Assembly: GCA_019358915.1 (NCBI GenBank)
Contig: JAHHIM010000036.1
Location: 32,001 to 96,000, forward strand
Direction of reading: 5' to 3'
DNA length: 64,000 nucleotides
From: Trichormus sp. ATA11-4-KO1
GTDB lineage: Bacteria; Cyanobacteriota; Cyanobacteriia; Cyanobacteriales; Nostocaceae
Shown here: piece by piece, positions 19,006 to 29,512 of the stretch
Position numbering within the stretch: position 1 is the stretch's first letter
How the letters are laid out: every line of letters begins with the position of its first letter
Notes under the pieces: generated by a model
Told to the model about the DNA's origin: nothing
The model's database searches: none
The model's input: the letters and a program-made list of their open reading frames with translations, nothing else
Made by a program: the position numbers and the translations under genes

Positions 19006-19380
19006 TTTTAACTCCCCTTATGAAATGCTAAATGTAGCGTCAGAAAATAGCTAATACGTATTTAATTTACATCCCTGAATCTGGGATTTTTAGGCGGTGT
19101 TTATTGGTTTGAAATTTAACCAGTAACCACTGAGATTTAAAAATATAAGATGCAAATATGACTACGCATTAGCTATCTCAAGTAGGTATGGACGTAATTT
19201 AGATACACCCTGAACTAGCAAGATTTCAGATATAGTGCCAAATTTTGGTAACTCTAAAGATTTTGGCAGAATAATAATAGGCTTTAACATTACCCTATCT
19301 GAGGCAGACTAGAAGCTCAAGAATAAGTTAAGATGACGGTAAATTATTTGTGATAGTTCCAATTTCGTTACCGATTGCGG

Positions 19381-19493
19381 GGCATTGCATAAATGCGGGA
19401 TGAATTGGGATGATTTGCCAAGAATGAACTTAGATTCTTTGCGCCTTTGCGCCTTTGCGTGAAACAAAATTCATCCCGTTAATCAGCAACGCC
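19381..19493. mobile_element. MITE family B, 113 bp
   Basis: Imperfect TIR GGCATTGCATAAATGCGGGATGAATT / AATTCATCCCGTTAATCAGCAACGCC; exact 9-bp flanking duplication CGATTGCGG (19372-19380, 19494-19502); related end near 43688. Confidence 0.85.
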
Positions 19494-19822
19494 CGATTGC
19501 GGAATGTGTTGCAGAAATATCAAAACCCTTCACACTTTTTTAGCAAAATAATTTGATGTTACGTAGCAAGTATGTTATCTAACATTCAATAACTTCCTAG
19601 CTAGTTACGTAATATGATTATAAGTATGTATAGTTTATTTAATAACTTTGCTTTTAGCTTTTACTTAACTTGAAAGTGCGGCTCGACTGATCTTGTACTG
19701 AGTCTTATCGAAGTAGCTTCGCCGAACGTCTGACTACTGAGTAAAAAAACTAGTCTCCAGTCTCTAGTCCCTTTTTCATTTGTTAATAATGTACGCAGTT
19801 CATGACACCGACTTGAATAACT

Positions 19823-21142
19823 TTATTCATTCATATTACGGTATGTAGCAACGGCGGAAGGCGATATGCGATTTAAATAACGGAAAATCCAGTACTTAAA
19901 GATTGTATCTAAAATTACTGGAAATGTGGCAATAAATAAGAAGATAAAATCTCTATTTGCTGGTAAACCCCAGTGGCGTGATATACCTTCTAAAATTACT
20001 TCCCAGCCATGCGGCGAGTGGAATCCTACAAATATATCAGTAAACAAAATGATAATAAATGCCTTGGCACTATCGCTCAGACCATAAACGACATGATCAA
20101 AGAAATCTTTGAGCACTGAGATGGAATGCTTGCTGAAAACTAACAGGCAAATAAAAGCACCAACAGAAAAAATATCTGAAAAAACATTTTTAATGGCGTT
20201 GGCACTTTCGCGACGAAATTTCTCAGCAATTTCACTGGCTCTGTTCTTCAGCTGGATTTCTATATCTTCAGAAGATAGTTGAGGTGCTTGACGAATTAGG
20301 GTTTCAAACTTGAGTCTTTCTTCAAATCTTTGTAGTTCTATCAGCGCTTCTTCTTCCATTTCTATATTGAGGAATATTGGCGCTGTTTCGTGACTTCTAA
20401 ACTGGTCTATGAGAGGCCCGACTATTAATGCTTTGGATATTTGATGCGTTAAAAGAGGTACTATAATTAATAGTAAAATAAATCTGATAGATATTATTGT
20501 TCTTTTTTGAGCCTGACGAAAGTTTTTAACAACGTCTTGTTCAGAATTTGGATCTAATTCAACTTGCAGACGACTGATAGTGCTTAAAATCGACCGGGGC
20601 AATATTCCCATTGTATCGGCTTTGCCCCGTGGTTTTTTATTCGGTTCTTGATGGGGATTTGGTAATTTTGGCTGTGATGGTTGAGCGATCGCTCCATCAA
20701 CTTTGACAATTTGGGGTTTAGTTACTACAGGTGAGGAAGTTATTTCATAATCTAAGTTGTGATATTTTGATATAACTTCGTCTATGAATCTTAATTTCTC
20801 TAAAATTAAAGTAGGACTAGGATATTCTATACCTGTTTTTTGAGCAGCTTTCTGATGAGATTCGTTAGAAAACCAACGACTGGCGCGAAACTCCGTCAGT
20901 CGCATCCGAGCAATTTTTAATTGTTGCTTTAAATCTGACTCAAAATAATCCATCACACTATTACTGTAGATGGCTGAGTTTAAGTCTATTTTATTACCAT
21001 TAAAATGCTCGTCTTCTATTGCCTTAATCTTTAATGCCGCTTTGTAAGCTTCCTCCAGCGATCGCTCTGGGGTTAGTAAGTACCATCGGTAAGCAGCCAG
21101 TAAAAAAGGGTAAATTTTTTGGCTAAAAATAGGCATTCTCAT
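19823..21142 (-). CDS. pcxA: Proton extrusion protein PcxA (PxcA/CotA, CemA family)
   Basis: TPERSLEEAYxAALxIKAIEDEHF; LSDSAKAFIIILFTDIFVGFHSPHGWE; ISPSAVATYRNMNE. Confidence 0.95.
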   Translation of the reverse strand: MRMPIFSQKIYPFLLAAYRWYLLTPERSLEEAYKAALKIKAIEDEHFNGNKIDLNSAIYSNSVMDYFESDLKQQLKIARMRLTEFRASRWFSNESHQKAAQKTGIEYPSPTLILEKLRFIDEVISKYHNLDYEITSSPVVTKPQIVKVDGAIAQPSQPKLPNPHQEPNKKPRGKADTMGILPRSILSTISRLQVELDPNSEQDVVKNFRQAQKRTIISIRFILLLIIVPLLTHQISKALIVGPLIDQFRSHETAPIFLNIEMEEEALIELQRFEERLKFETLIRQAPQLSSEDIEIQLKNRASEIAEKFRRESANAIKNVFSDIFSVGAFICLLVFSKHSISVLKDFFDHVVYGLSDSAKAFIIILFTDIFVGFHSPHGWEVILEGISRHWGLPANRDFIFLFIATFPVILDTIFKYWIFRYLNRISPSAVATYRNMNE

Positions 21143-21229
21143 TTTGGGCAATCATCCAGCATTTATTGGTGATTTTTCAGCTTAAGTTAACGCACAAAGT
21201 ATACTAGCAAATCTACAAGGGGAGGATTT

Positions 21230-23479
21230 GTGATTTCTCATTCTATTTGGATTGTTGGCCCTAGTCGCAGTGGTAAGACTACTCGCTTGGTAGAAAATTT
21301 TTGTTCTTGGTTACAAAGTGAAAATGAGATTATTGAATCATTTTATACTAAAAAACGCAACCAAAAAAAAAGCGGGCAGATACCACAATCCTTCTATCTA
21401 CCAAAAACAGAGCCAGGAGTATTGGTGTTGGCAGCTAATGGTGAAAACCGCCGTGGATTTGGTGATAAAATTGTTACAGCAACCCAAGGAAAATATCCAG
21501 TTCGTGCCAAAACAATCCTGGGTTTTTTTCAAGATGAAGTTATTTTATTTTGGCCTTTATTGATTCAGTCTTTGAATCTGAAAGCACAATTTCCGGTACG
21601 ATTGCGCCCAGAAACTGAACAGGAATTAGCAACAAAACTGTGGCGATCGCAATTAGATACAGCAATCTTGAGTCGTGCTGGTGTGAATGAGTATCGTTTG
21701 GTACGTCGCATCCTGGATTTATGGCAATTAGCAGCTTACAGTGGTACGCCTTGCGAAGATATTGCCTCAATTTTACAAAGAGGTTTACAGGAAAATGCCA
21801 TAGATTTAGAGCCGGAATTATTGGCATCTTTGTTATTAGATTGGCGGAACTGGTGTTTAGAAAGAGGATTGCTGACTTATGGCATCATTACTGAACTTTA
21901 CAGTCAGAACTTATTAAGCGATCGCTATTACCAACAGTACTTAACTCAACGCTATCAAGCTGTACTAGCAGATGATGTCGATGATTATCCTGGCATAGCG
22001 CGTCAACTGTTTGATTTTTTGTTGGATCAAGGAGCTGTAGGGGCATTTAGCTATAATCCTGATGGTGCAGTACGCCTAGGATTAGGTGCAGATCCCAACT
22101 ACTTGGAGGGTTTAGCAGGGCGTTGTCGAATTGAGAAATTAACTGAATCACCTTTTCCACGTCTTGCAGATAGACTCGCGGCGCCAATGGTGGAATTAGT
22201 CACAGAACCGATGCTTTTGTTTAGCTTACCAGAACCAGTACAATCAATTCAAACCACCTCTCGCGCTCAGCTGTTACGGCAAACAGCAGAAGTCATCGCT
22301 GATGCTATCACCTCTGGGCAAGTAACGGCAGAACAAGTAGCAATTATTGCTCCAGGTTTAGATGCGATCGCTCGTTATACCTTAATAGAAATTTTAGCCA
22401 AGCAAAACATCCCAGTTGAATCACTCAACGACCAACGCCCCTTAATTAGTTCACCTATCATCCGGGCATTACTTACCATGTTGGCATTAGTCTATCCCGG
22501 TTTGGGTCGCCTAGTAGATCGGGATGCCGTAGCCGAGATGTTAGTTGTTCTCAGTAGAAAACAAGAAATACCAGAAAACTCTTCTTCATTCACCACTCCC
22601 CACTCCCCATTGCCCCTTATCCCCAGAGGGGGCCCCACCTTCCCCACTCACATAGATCCAGTCCGCGCTGGATTAATTGCCGATTACTGCTTTGTCCCTC
22701 ATCCTGAGTGTCCCAAATTGCTACCAGTGTCAGCATTCGAGCGCTGGGACAGAATAGGCTATGTAGCCACCACAGCTTATACTGAGATTTTACAGTGGTT
22801 AGAAAAACAGCGATCGCAGCAAGAACAGCGTTTACTACCTAGTCCCATTTCCCTGTTATATCTGGCAATTCAGGACTTTTTGTTTAGAGATAGCAATCCT
22901 CCCTACGAGCAAATGGCAGCATTACGGGAATTATTGGAAACTGCTCAACACTATTGGGAAATTGACACCAGACTACAACAAATTCCAGGTAGCTCAAAAA
23001 ATTGGGAATCAGAAGTAGCAATCACCCCTTCATCCCCAATCACCACTTCCATAGCCGAATTTATTCAACTGCTGCGACGTGGTACCATCACTGCTAACCC
23101 TTACCCTTTACGTCCCATCGGCCCCGCCAGAAAAGCTGTCACCTTAGCAACTATCTTCCAATATCGCTCTAGTAGAAGATTTCATCATTGGCATTTTTGG
23201 CTAGATGCTGGTTCACCTCTATGGGCCAAAGGTGGTGCAGCTACTTTATTTGGGGCTAATTTTTTCCTGCAAGATAGACTAGGCGAACCTTGGACAGCAG
23301 AAGATGAACAACAGGCAGAAAAACAAAGATTACACAGAATTTTGCGAGATTTGCTCTCTCGCGTATCCCAGAAAGTTTATTTGTGTCACAGCGAGTTAGC
23401 TGTAAATGGACAAGAGCAATTAGGGCCTCTGTTACCTTTAGTACATGCCTGTATACCATCTGAGGCAGCTATTACGTAA
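21230..23479 (+). CDS. Cyanobacterial UvrD/SF1-helicase-like P-loop protein of unknown function
   Basis: Walker A GPSRSGKT, degenerate Walker B LADDVDD; in-frame heptamer-repeat insert near 22592-22649. Confidence 0.7.
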   Translation: MISHSIWIVGPSRSGKTTRLVENFCSWLQSENEIIESFYTKKRNQKKSGQIPQSFYLPKTEPGVLVLAANGENRRGFGDKIVTATQGKYPVRAKTILGFFQDEVILFWPLLIQSLNLKAQFPVRLRPETEQELATKLWRSQLDTAILSRAGVNEYRLVRRILDLWQLAAYSGTPCEDIASILQRGLQENAIDLEPELLASLLLDWRNWCLERGLLTYGIITELYSQNLLSDRYYQQYLTQRYQAVLADDVDDYPGIARQLFDFLLDQGAVGAFSYNPDGAVRLGLGADPNYLEGLAGRCRIEKLTESPFPRLADRLAAPMVELVTEPMLLFSLPEPVQSIQTTSRAQLLRQTAEVIADAITSGQVTAEQVAIIAPGLDAIARYTLIEILAKQNIPVESLNDQRPLISSPIIRALLTMLALVYPGLGRLVDRDAVAEMLVVLSRKQEIPENSSSFTTPHSPLPLIPRGGPTFPTHIDPVRAGLIADYCFVPHPECPKLLPVSAFERWDRIGYVATTAYTEILQWLEKQRSQQEQRLLPSPISLLYLAIQDFLFRDSNPPYEQMAALRELLETAQHYWEIDTRLQQIPGSSKNWESEVAITPSSPITTSIAEFIQLLRRGTITANPYPLRPIGPARKAVTLATIFQYRSSRRFHHWHFWLDAGSPLWAKGGAATLFGANFFLQDRLGEPWTAEDEQQAEKQRLHRILRDLLSRVSQKVYLCHSELAVNGQEQLGPLLPLVHACIPSEAAIT

Positions 23480-23524
23480 ATTTCTAGAACACCCTAAGCG
23501 ATCGCCAAAATCTTTACAATATTA

Positions 23525-23833
23525 ACGTGAATTCGATGAGCCTCATCCCAACCCTCTCCAACACGGCTATCCATTAATCACATCTTTCTTTACAATCTTG
23601 AAACCCTAGTTTCATAGGTATCTCAAAGACTAAGAGGTCAGGCATACTTGACAAATTCGCGCTTAATCTTCTCGCTAAAACTGCATTTTTATTGAGAATT
23701 AGCAACGAAGGAATCAGTATGATAAAAAACGTGAGTGAATACTCTCGCCAATGTTGAGTAAAGATCCGGGTAATGGATAGCCTGGCAGGGTAGAGGTTTG
23801 GAGAGGGGTTTTTCCCACTTGTCGAACTTACGT
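23525..23833. mobile_element. MITE family A copy whose centre is replaced by a second IR-bounded element (23565-23782)
   Basis: Outer TIR ACGTGAATTCGA / TCGAACTTACGT with 7-bp TSD AATATTA; inner perfect IR GGCTATCCATTA / TAATGGATAGCC. Confidence 0.85.
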
Positions 23834-23881
23834 AATATTAAGTAAAGTAAAGAAGTTTATGAGAAATCAGAGTTAAACACA

Positions 23882-24550
23882 ATGGGAATATTTGGATTTG
23901 GTAAAAAGCTGGCTATCCCCACCCCTGAGGAAGCTTTGCCAGGAAGAGCAAAATCGATGCCAGTACCCGATCATCACTATGTCAACAAAAACCCTTTGAA
24001 ACCGCCTTTTCCGGAAGGATTGGAAACAGCAATGTTTGGCTTGGGTTGTTTTTGGGGTGCAGAACGCAAATTCTGGCAATTACCAGGAGTTTACACAACT
24101 GCGGTGGGTTATGCAGCTGGTTACACACCCAACCCTACTTATGAAGAGGTATGTACTGGCTTAACTGGTCATAATGAAGTGGTCTTAGTTGTATTTGACC
24201 CCAAAGTAATTAGTTACTCCCAGCTACTGAAAGTTTTTTGGGAAAGCCATAACCCCACCCAAGGAATGCGCCAAGGTAACGACACAGGTACTCAATACCG
24301 TTCGGGAATTTACGTGTACTCGGAAAATCAAAAGCAGCTAGCAGAAGCATCGCGGGATGCTTATCAGCAAGCTCTCAACAAATCAGGTTATGGCAATATC
24401 ACCACAGAAATCATCGATGCGCCTGAGTTTTACTACGCAGAAGCATATCATCAGCAGTATCTCGCCAAAAATCCCAATGGGTATTGTGGCTTAGGTGGGA
24501 CAAATGTTGCTTGTCCTGTGGGTGTAGTGGAATCTCAAATCAGTGGTTAG
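23882..24550 (+). CDS. msrA: Peptide-methionine (S)-S-oxide reductase
   Basis: GCFWG active site, [16 protein letters not shown]. Confidence 0.97.
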   Translation: MGIFGFGKKLAIPTPEEALPGRAKSMPVPDHHYVNKNPLKPPFPEGLETAMFGLGCFWGAERKFWQLPGVYTTAVGYAAGYTPNPTYEEVCTGLTGHNEVVLVVFDPKVISYSQLLKVFWESHNPTQGMRQGNDTGTQYRSGIYVYSENQKQLAEASRDAYQQALNKSGYGNITTEIIDAPEFYYAEAYHQQYLAKNPNGYCGLGGTNVACPVGVVESQISG

Positions 24551-24614
24551 CTGGTAGGTTGGGTTGTTCGCGTCAGCGTTGCAGAGCAATAGAACGAAAC
24601 CCAACATTAACCAA

Positions 24615-24650
24615 ACGTGAATTTGATGAACCTCATCCCAACCCCTCTCC
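24615..24650. mobile_element. Left-end fragment of MITE family A
   Basis: ACGTGAATTTGATGAACCTCATCCCAACCCCTCTCC matches the ends at 2100 and 23525. Confidence 0.75.
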
Positions 24651-24679
24651 AGTTTTTATAAGACTGTCTGATTACGCAA

Positions 24680-25363
24680 TTACAAGCTGAATTTACTTAG
24701 ACCTTCGACTAATTCCACGCCAAAAACTTCAGCAAAACACTTGGCCACATTAGCGCTTACCTCTTGAACGTTAATACCGGGAATCCACTCGGCTAAACTA
24801 CCTACAGGTTTATCAGCAATACCGCAGGGCACAATGTTTTCAAAACCTGACATGTCGGGACAAACATTTAAGGCAAAACCGTGCATGGTAATCCAACGAC
24901 TAACTTTAATACCAATAGCGGCAACTTTCCGCTTTTCTAGCCACACACCAGTAAAACCTGTCAAGCGATCGCCTGACAACCCATAAACTGCTAATACTCG
25001 AATTAATACTTCTTCTAATTGCCGTAAATACCAATGCAGGTCTTGACGATGACGGCGCAGATTTAAAATCGGATACCCCACTAGTTGACCAGGGCAATGA
25101 TAGGTGACTTCGCCGCCGCGTTCAATTCTGTGGACATCGAATTTACTTTTGTCTAGGTCAAATTTGAGAAATTCAAGATTGCTTCCTTGTCCCAAAGTAT
25201 AGACGGGTGGATGCTCTAGCAAAATTAAGACATCATCTAAACTAGGGTCATCAATGCGCTCGGCGACAAGCGATCGCTGCCATAAGTGAGCATCTATGTA
25301 TGGCATCAATCCGGCGTTATGTAACAAACAATGGTTTTGGTGTGGTTCTCTACTATGGATCAT
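24680..25363 (-). CDS. lipB: Lipoyl(octanoyl) transferase
   Basis: [42 protein letters not shown]; start trimmed to ATG 25363. Confidence 0.95.
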   Translation of the reverse strand: MIHSREPHQNHCLLHNAGLMPYIDAHLWQRSLVAERIDDPSLDDVLILLEHPPVYTLGQGSNLEFLKFDLDKSKFDVHRIERGGEVTYHCPGQLVGYPILNLRRHRQDLHWYLRQLEEVLIRVLAVYGLSGDRLTGFTGVWLEKRKVAAIGIKVSRWITMHGFALNVCPDMSGFENIVPCGIADKPVGSLAEWIPGINVQEVSANVAKCFAEVFGVELVEGLSKFSL

Positions 25364-25753
25364 GCCAAAAATCAACTGGTTCCCAGACCAAATATATTGC
25401 AAAATTACAGGTTTTGAGTCAACAAATGTCAAGCTATGCAAAGGATTTTAAAGGAACATCAAGGGAACCTGCATGAGAAAATACAAAGTGCTAGTTTGAA
25501 TATATAACCTCAAAGGTGTTAGGAGGAATTCTCTGCAACAAACATCACGCCAAACACAAGACGAACGAATGCACTGGCTGATGACTCTAATACATTGTTT
25601 GCATCTCGAAGCGGATAAAACTTCCAACTTAGAGAAAGCGCACAAGCAGTACATTAAAATGTTCACAATTTGTTTTGACGGTAGTAAGTAGATTACCGCA
25701 ACTTCTTTTCATACAAAACAAATTCACATCAAATATTAAGTGGGAGAGTTTAC

Positions 25754-26404
25754 ATGAAGCTTGTCATCCACGGCAAAAATATTGAAATCACCGATGCGAT
25801 TCGGGAGTACGTACATCAAAAAATTGAAAAAGCAGTTAGTCACTTTCAAAATATTACCAATGAAGTGGATGTGCATCTGAGCGTTGCCCGCAATCCCCGA
25901 ATTAACCCCAAGCAAGCGGCTGAAGTCACTATTTATGCAAATGGTAGCGTTATCCGTGCCGAGGAAAGCAGCGAAAACTTATACGCCAGCATTGATTTAG
26001 TAGCAGATAAAATTGCCCGTCAACTGCGAAAATATAAAGAAAGACGGCAAGATAAGAAAACTCACGCCCAACCAACTAATAAAGTATTAGTTCCCGAACC
26101 TGTAGCGGCAGATTTAATAGGCGATCGCACCCCCGAATTACCTAACGAGGTCGTCCGTACCAAATATTTTTCCATGCCACCAATGACGGTTGCAGAGGCA
26201 TCAGAACAGCTACAACTGGTAGGACACGACTTCTATATGTTCCGCAATTCTGAAACTGGCGAGATTAACGTCATTTACGAACGCAACCACGGCGGTTACG
26301 GTGTGATTCAACCCCGTAATGGTAACGGTCATACTAACGGTAAGAATGGCAAGTCAGCCCAGACTAATCATTTTGTAGCGGAAAATTCTTACTCGCACAA
26401 GTGA
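25754..26404 (+). CDS. hpf: Ribosome hibernation promoting factor (long HPF / LrtA)
   Basis: [29 protein letters not shown]-terminal GHDFYMF..VIYER..GGYGVI. Confidence 0.95.
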   Translation: MKLVIHGKNIEITDAIREYVHQKIEKAVSHFQNITNEVDVHLSVARNPRINPKQAAEVTIYANGSVIRAEESSENLYASIDLVADKIARQLRKYKERRQDKKTHAQPTNKVLVPEPVAADLIGDRTPELPNEVVRTKYFSMPPMTVAEASEQLQLVGHDFYMFRNSETGEINVIYERNHGGYGVIQPRNGNGHTNGKNGKSAQTNHFVAENSYSHK

Positions 26405-26476
26405 GGGAGTGAGGGAAGTAGGGAAGTAGGGAGTGAGGGGAGTATTTTTTGTTTTTGTCCCCTTATCCCCCCATCC

Positions 26477-26938
26477 CTATTTCACTGCTAACTCTTGCAA
26501 AGTCTTCAGCGCTTCTTCCACGTGACCTTTAAAGTTCAACATGGAATCAAATACGTATTGCACAACGCCTTCTTTGTCAATCACATAAGTAACGCGGCCA
26601 GGAATTAAACCAAAAGCTGTGGTTGCACCGTATTGCTTCCTTACTTGGTTGTCTTTGTCACTCAAGAGTGTAAAGGGTAAATTGTGCTTGGCAGCAAATT
26701 TCTGGTGAGATTCGCGAGAATCTCCACTGACGCCAATTACTTCCGCACCAGCAGTTTTAAATACTTCATACTGGTCACGAAAGGCACAGGATTCGGCTGT
26801 ACATCCTGGTGTGTCATCTTTGGGATAAAAGTAGAGAACAACAGCTTGTTGCCCGCGAAAATCTCTCAAGCTGACTGTTGAGCCGTCTTGGGCTGGTAAA
26901 GTGAAATCAGGAGCAGTATCCCCAACTTTAACTGGCAT
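26477..26938 (-). CDS. bcp: Peroxiredoxin Q / BCP
   Basis: [16 protein letters not shown]. Confidence 0.93.
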   Translation of the reverse strand: MPVKVGDTAPDFTLPAQDGSTVSLRDFRGQQAVVLYFYPKDDTPGCTAESCAFRDQYEVFKTAGAEVIGVSGDSRESHQKFAAKHNLPFTLLSDKDNQVRKQYGATTAFGLIPGRVTYVIDKEGVVQYVFDSMLNFKGHVEEALKTLQELAVK

Positions 26939-26956
26939 ATTATTTTACCGATTTTG

Positions 26957-28888
26957 TTAAGAGTCAATCTCAGCTAATTCTAACCAGCGTTCTGTTGCTA
27001 CATCAATCGCTTGCTTCAAGGTTTCTACTTCTTCGTAGAGTTTTTGTACTTGGGTATATTTCCCAGGAGAGACATTTAGCAAAGCTTTTTCGGCTGCGGC
27101 TTTCTCTGATTCCAACTTGGCAATTTTACCTTCCAACTCTGCAAATTCCCGCTTTTCCCAGTTTGATAATCTGCGGCGCTTTTTGTTTTCGGTGTCTGGA
27201 GATGAAGATGTAGATTTAATCTCTTCTTTTGGTTTTTCCTTAGTATTAACAGCAAGCTGTTGTTTTTCTTGCTCCTCTTCAGCTTTCTTATAATCTAAAT
27301 AAACTGAGTAATTCCCTGGATACTGGCGGAGATTACCACCTGCTTCCAAGGCAAAAATTGTGTCTACAGTGCGGTCTAAAAAGTAGCGATCGTGAGATAC
27401 TGCAATCACACATCCAGAAAAGTCTTCTAAATATTCTTCTAATACAGCCAATGTTTGTACATCTAAATCATTGGTTGGTTCATCTAAAATCAAAACATTA
27501 GGCGCACCAATCAGAATCCGCAGTAAAAATAAACGGCGTTTTTCTCCACCAGAAAGTTTATGAATTGGCGCGTATTGCTGGTTTCCTGGAAATAAAAACC
27601 GCTCCAACATTTGGGAAGCAGAAATTTGCGTACCATCAGCAATTTTGACAAATTCCCCTTCTTCTTTAATATAGTCAATCACGCGCTGATTTTCATCTAA
27701 AGCTGTGAGTAACTCTTCGGAATGCTGGTCAAAATAACCGATGTGAATGGTAGTACCAATTTCTACACTACCGGAATCGGGTTGAATGCGTCCGGTAATA
27801 ATATCCATTAAAGTAGATTTACCTGTACCGTTACCGCCAATAATGCCGATGCGGTCTTCTGGACTAAATTCGTAGGTGAAATTATTAATTAAGGTACGTC
27901 CATCATAGCTTTTAGATATATTATTTAATTCAATAACTTTTTTGCCAATGCGACGACCAACTGTAGAAATATCAACTTTACCCTGAACTTGTTTAAACTC
28001 AGTTTCCCGCATACTTTGAATGCGTTCAATTCGGGCTTTTTGTTTGGTACTTCTGGCTTTTGGCCCCCGGCTTAACCATTCCAATTCCCGGCGTAATACA
28101 CCTTGATGTTTGCGTTGGCTGCTAATGGCCGATTCTTCAGCTAAAGCTTTCTTTTCGAGGTAGTATGAATAATTACCTGAGTAAGTAAAAATATCACCTC
28201 GGTCTATTTCTATAATCCGGTTGGTCACCTTATCGAGAAAATAGCGATCGTGAGTTATCAGCAAAAGTGCGCCACGAAAGCGATTTAAATAACTTTGCAA
28301 CCATTCCACCGAAAGCGCATCCAGATGGTTGGTAGGCTCATCCATCAGTAAAACATCTGGTTCTGATAGCAAAGCTGTGGCCAAAGCGATGCGTTTGCGA
28401 TAACCTCCTGACAAAGTACCGATGACAGCATCAAAGTCAGAAATTCCTAACTTAGTTAAGATAATTTTGGCGTTAGTTTCCAATTCCCAAGCGCCAGTGG
28501 ACTCCATGCGCTGCATCACCTCAGAAAGGCGCGACATCAGTTGACTATCTTCTGGATAGTGAGCCAGTTTATCAGAAAGCTCTTCATACTCACGCACCAA
28601 AGCCATGTGTTCGCCACTATCAGCGAAAATTTGCTCTAAAACTGTGTAATTTTCATCTAAGTCTGGTTGTTGAGGTAAGTAAATTATTTTTGAGCCAGAA
28701 GCAAAGGTAATTTGACCACTATCAATTGGTTCTAGTCCAGCAATCATTTTTAATAAGGTTGATTTACCAGAACCGTTTGTACCAATTAAGCCGACCTTAT
28801 CAGTGGCATCTAAACTAAAGCTAGCGTCTTTTAAAATTTCCTTGATGCCAAAATCTTTTTTTACTGATTGTAGTGTAATAATACTCAT
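26957..28888 (-). CDS. ABC-F family ATPase (Uup-like)
   Basis: Two ABC domains (GTNGSGKST, GGNGTGKST; LSGG; DEPTN), no TM segments, C-terminal coiled coil. Confidence 0.93.
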   Translation of the reverse strand: MSIITLQSVKKDFGIKEILKDASFSLDATDKVGLIGTNGSGKSTLLKMIAGLEPIDSGQITFASGSKIIYLPQQPDLDENYTVLEQIFADSGEHMALVREYEELSDKLAHYPEDSQLMSRLSEVMQRMESTGAWELETNAKIILTKLGISDFDAVIGTLSGGYRKRIALATALLSEPDVLLMDEPTNHLDALSVEWLQSYLNRFRGALLLITHDRYFLDKVTNRIIEIDRGDIFTYSGNYSYYLEKKALAEESAISSQRKHQGVLRRELEWLSRGPKARSTKQKARIERIQSMRETEFKQVQGKVDISTVGRRIGKKVIELNNISKSYDGRTLINNFTYEFSPEDRIGIIGGNGTGKSTLMDIITGRIQPDSGSVEIGTTIHIGYFDQHSEELLTALDENQRVIDYIKEEGEFVKIADGTQISASQMLERFLFPGNQQYAPIHKLSGGEKRRLFLLRILIGAPNVLILDEPTNDLDVQTLAVLEEYLEDFSGCVIAVSHDRYFLDRTVDTIFALEAGGNLRQYPGNYSVYLDYKKAEEEQEKQQLAVNTKEKPKEEIKSTSSSPDTENKKRRRLSNWEKREFAELEGKIAKLESEKAAAEKALLNVSPGKYTQVQKLYEEVETLKQAIDVATERWLELAEIDS

Positions 28889-29016
28889 AAAAATTAGTCA
28901 TTAGTCAATCAATTTTTGGGATTTTAGATTAGTGATTTCAGAGGTTTTCAAATCCCAAATCTAAAATTAGCATAGTCAGTGGGTAAGACTTGATGTCCTA
29001 CCGACACTGACAAATT

Positions 29017-29433
29017 TTAAACAAATAAATCGAGGGGTAGATGTCCATACATTTCGTTGATTCCCCCTTCATTATAAGATTGACAAGAAATTAAAACTCC
29101 CCGATGATGCCCAGCATAGGAATCAAGATAACATAAGCCATTTTTGCCATTTAATTTGATATAAACCGGCCCTTCGGGTGTGGCTAAATTAACAGGGACT
29201 TCGTGACCAAAAGCATGAGAATAAGTTCTCATGGCAAGTATGCCCTCTTCTGCGGTATCAGCACAAATTCCTAATATTTGGTAATCAGAAATACTGGTTA
29301 CCAAAATTAAAGCCCGACGGACTAAAGCTTTTTCTGATGGTTTGAGAATAGGTGCTATATCTAAGCAATTGAATTTATTCAGGATTTTTTTGGCTTCGGA
29401 GATTGTGAGGTTTTGATGATTGGGAGTTGACAT
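29017..29433 (-). CDS. DUF1824 family protein
   Basis: ILGICAD, GPVYIK.N, RGVLISCQ, YGHLPLDLF. Confidence 0.85.
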   Translation of the reverse strand: MSTPNHQNLTISEAKKILNKFNCLDIAPILKPSEKALVRRALILVTSISDYQILGICADTAEEGILAMRTYSHAFGHEVPVNLATPEGPVYIKLNGKNGLCYLDSYAGHHRGVLISCQSYNEGGINEMYGHLPLDLFV

Positions 29434-29512
29434 AAATTAGTTTGTTATGTTCTAGTTTTGCTTTTGTGATTGAGGTGGGTGTAGCCCACCTCATTAGCAT
29501 TATTTACTAAAA

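Noticed and set aside
25448..25666. 72-aa ORF between lipB and hpf
   Set aside because: Antisense to the long hpf leader region, Cys-rich and without protein-like features
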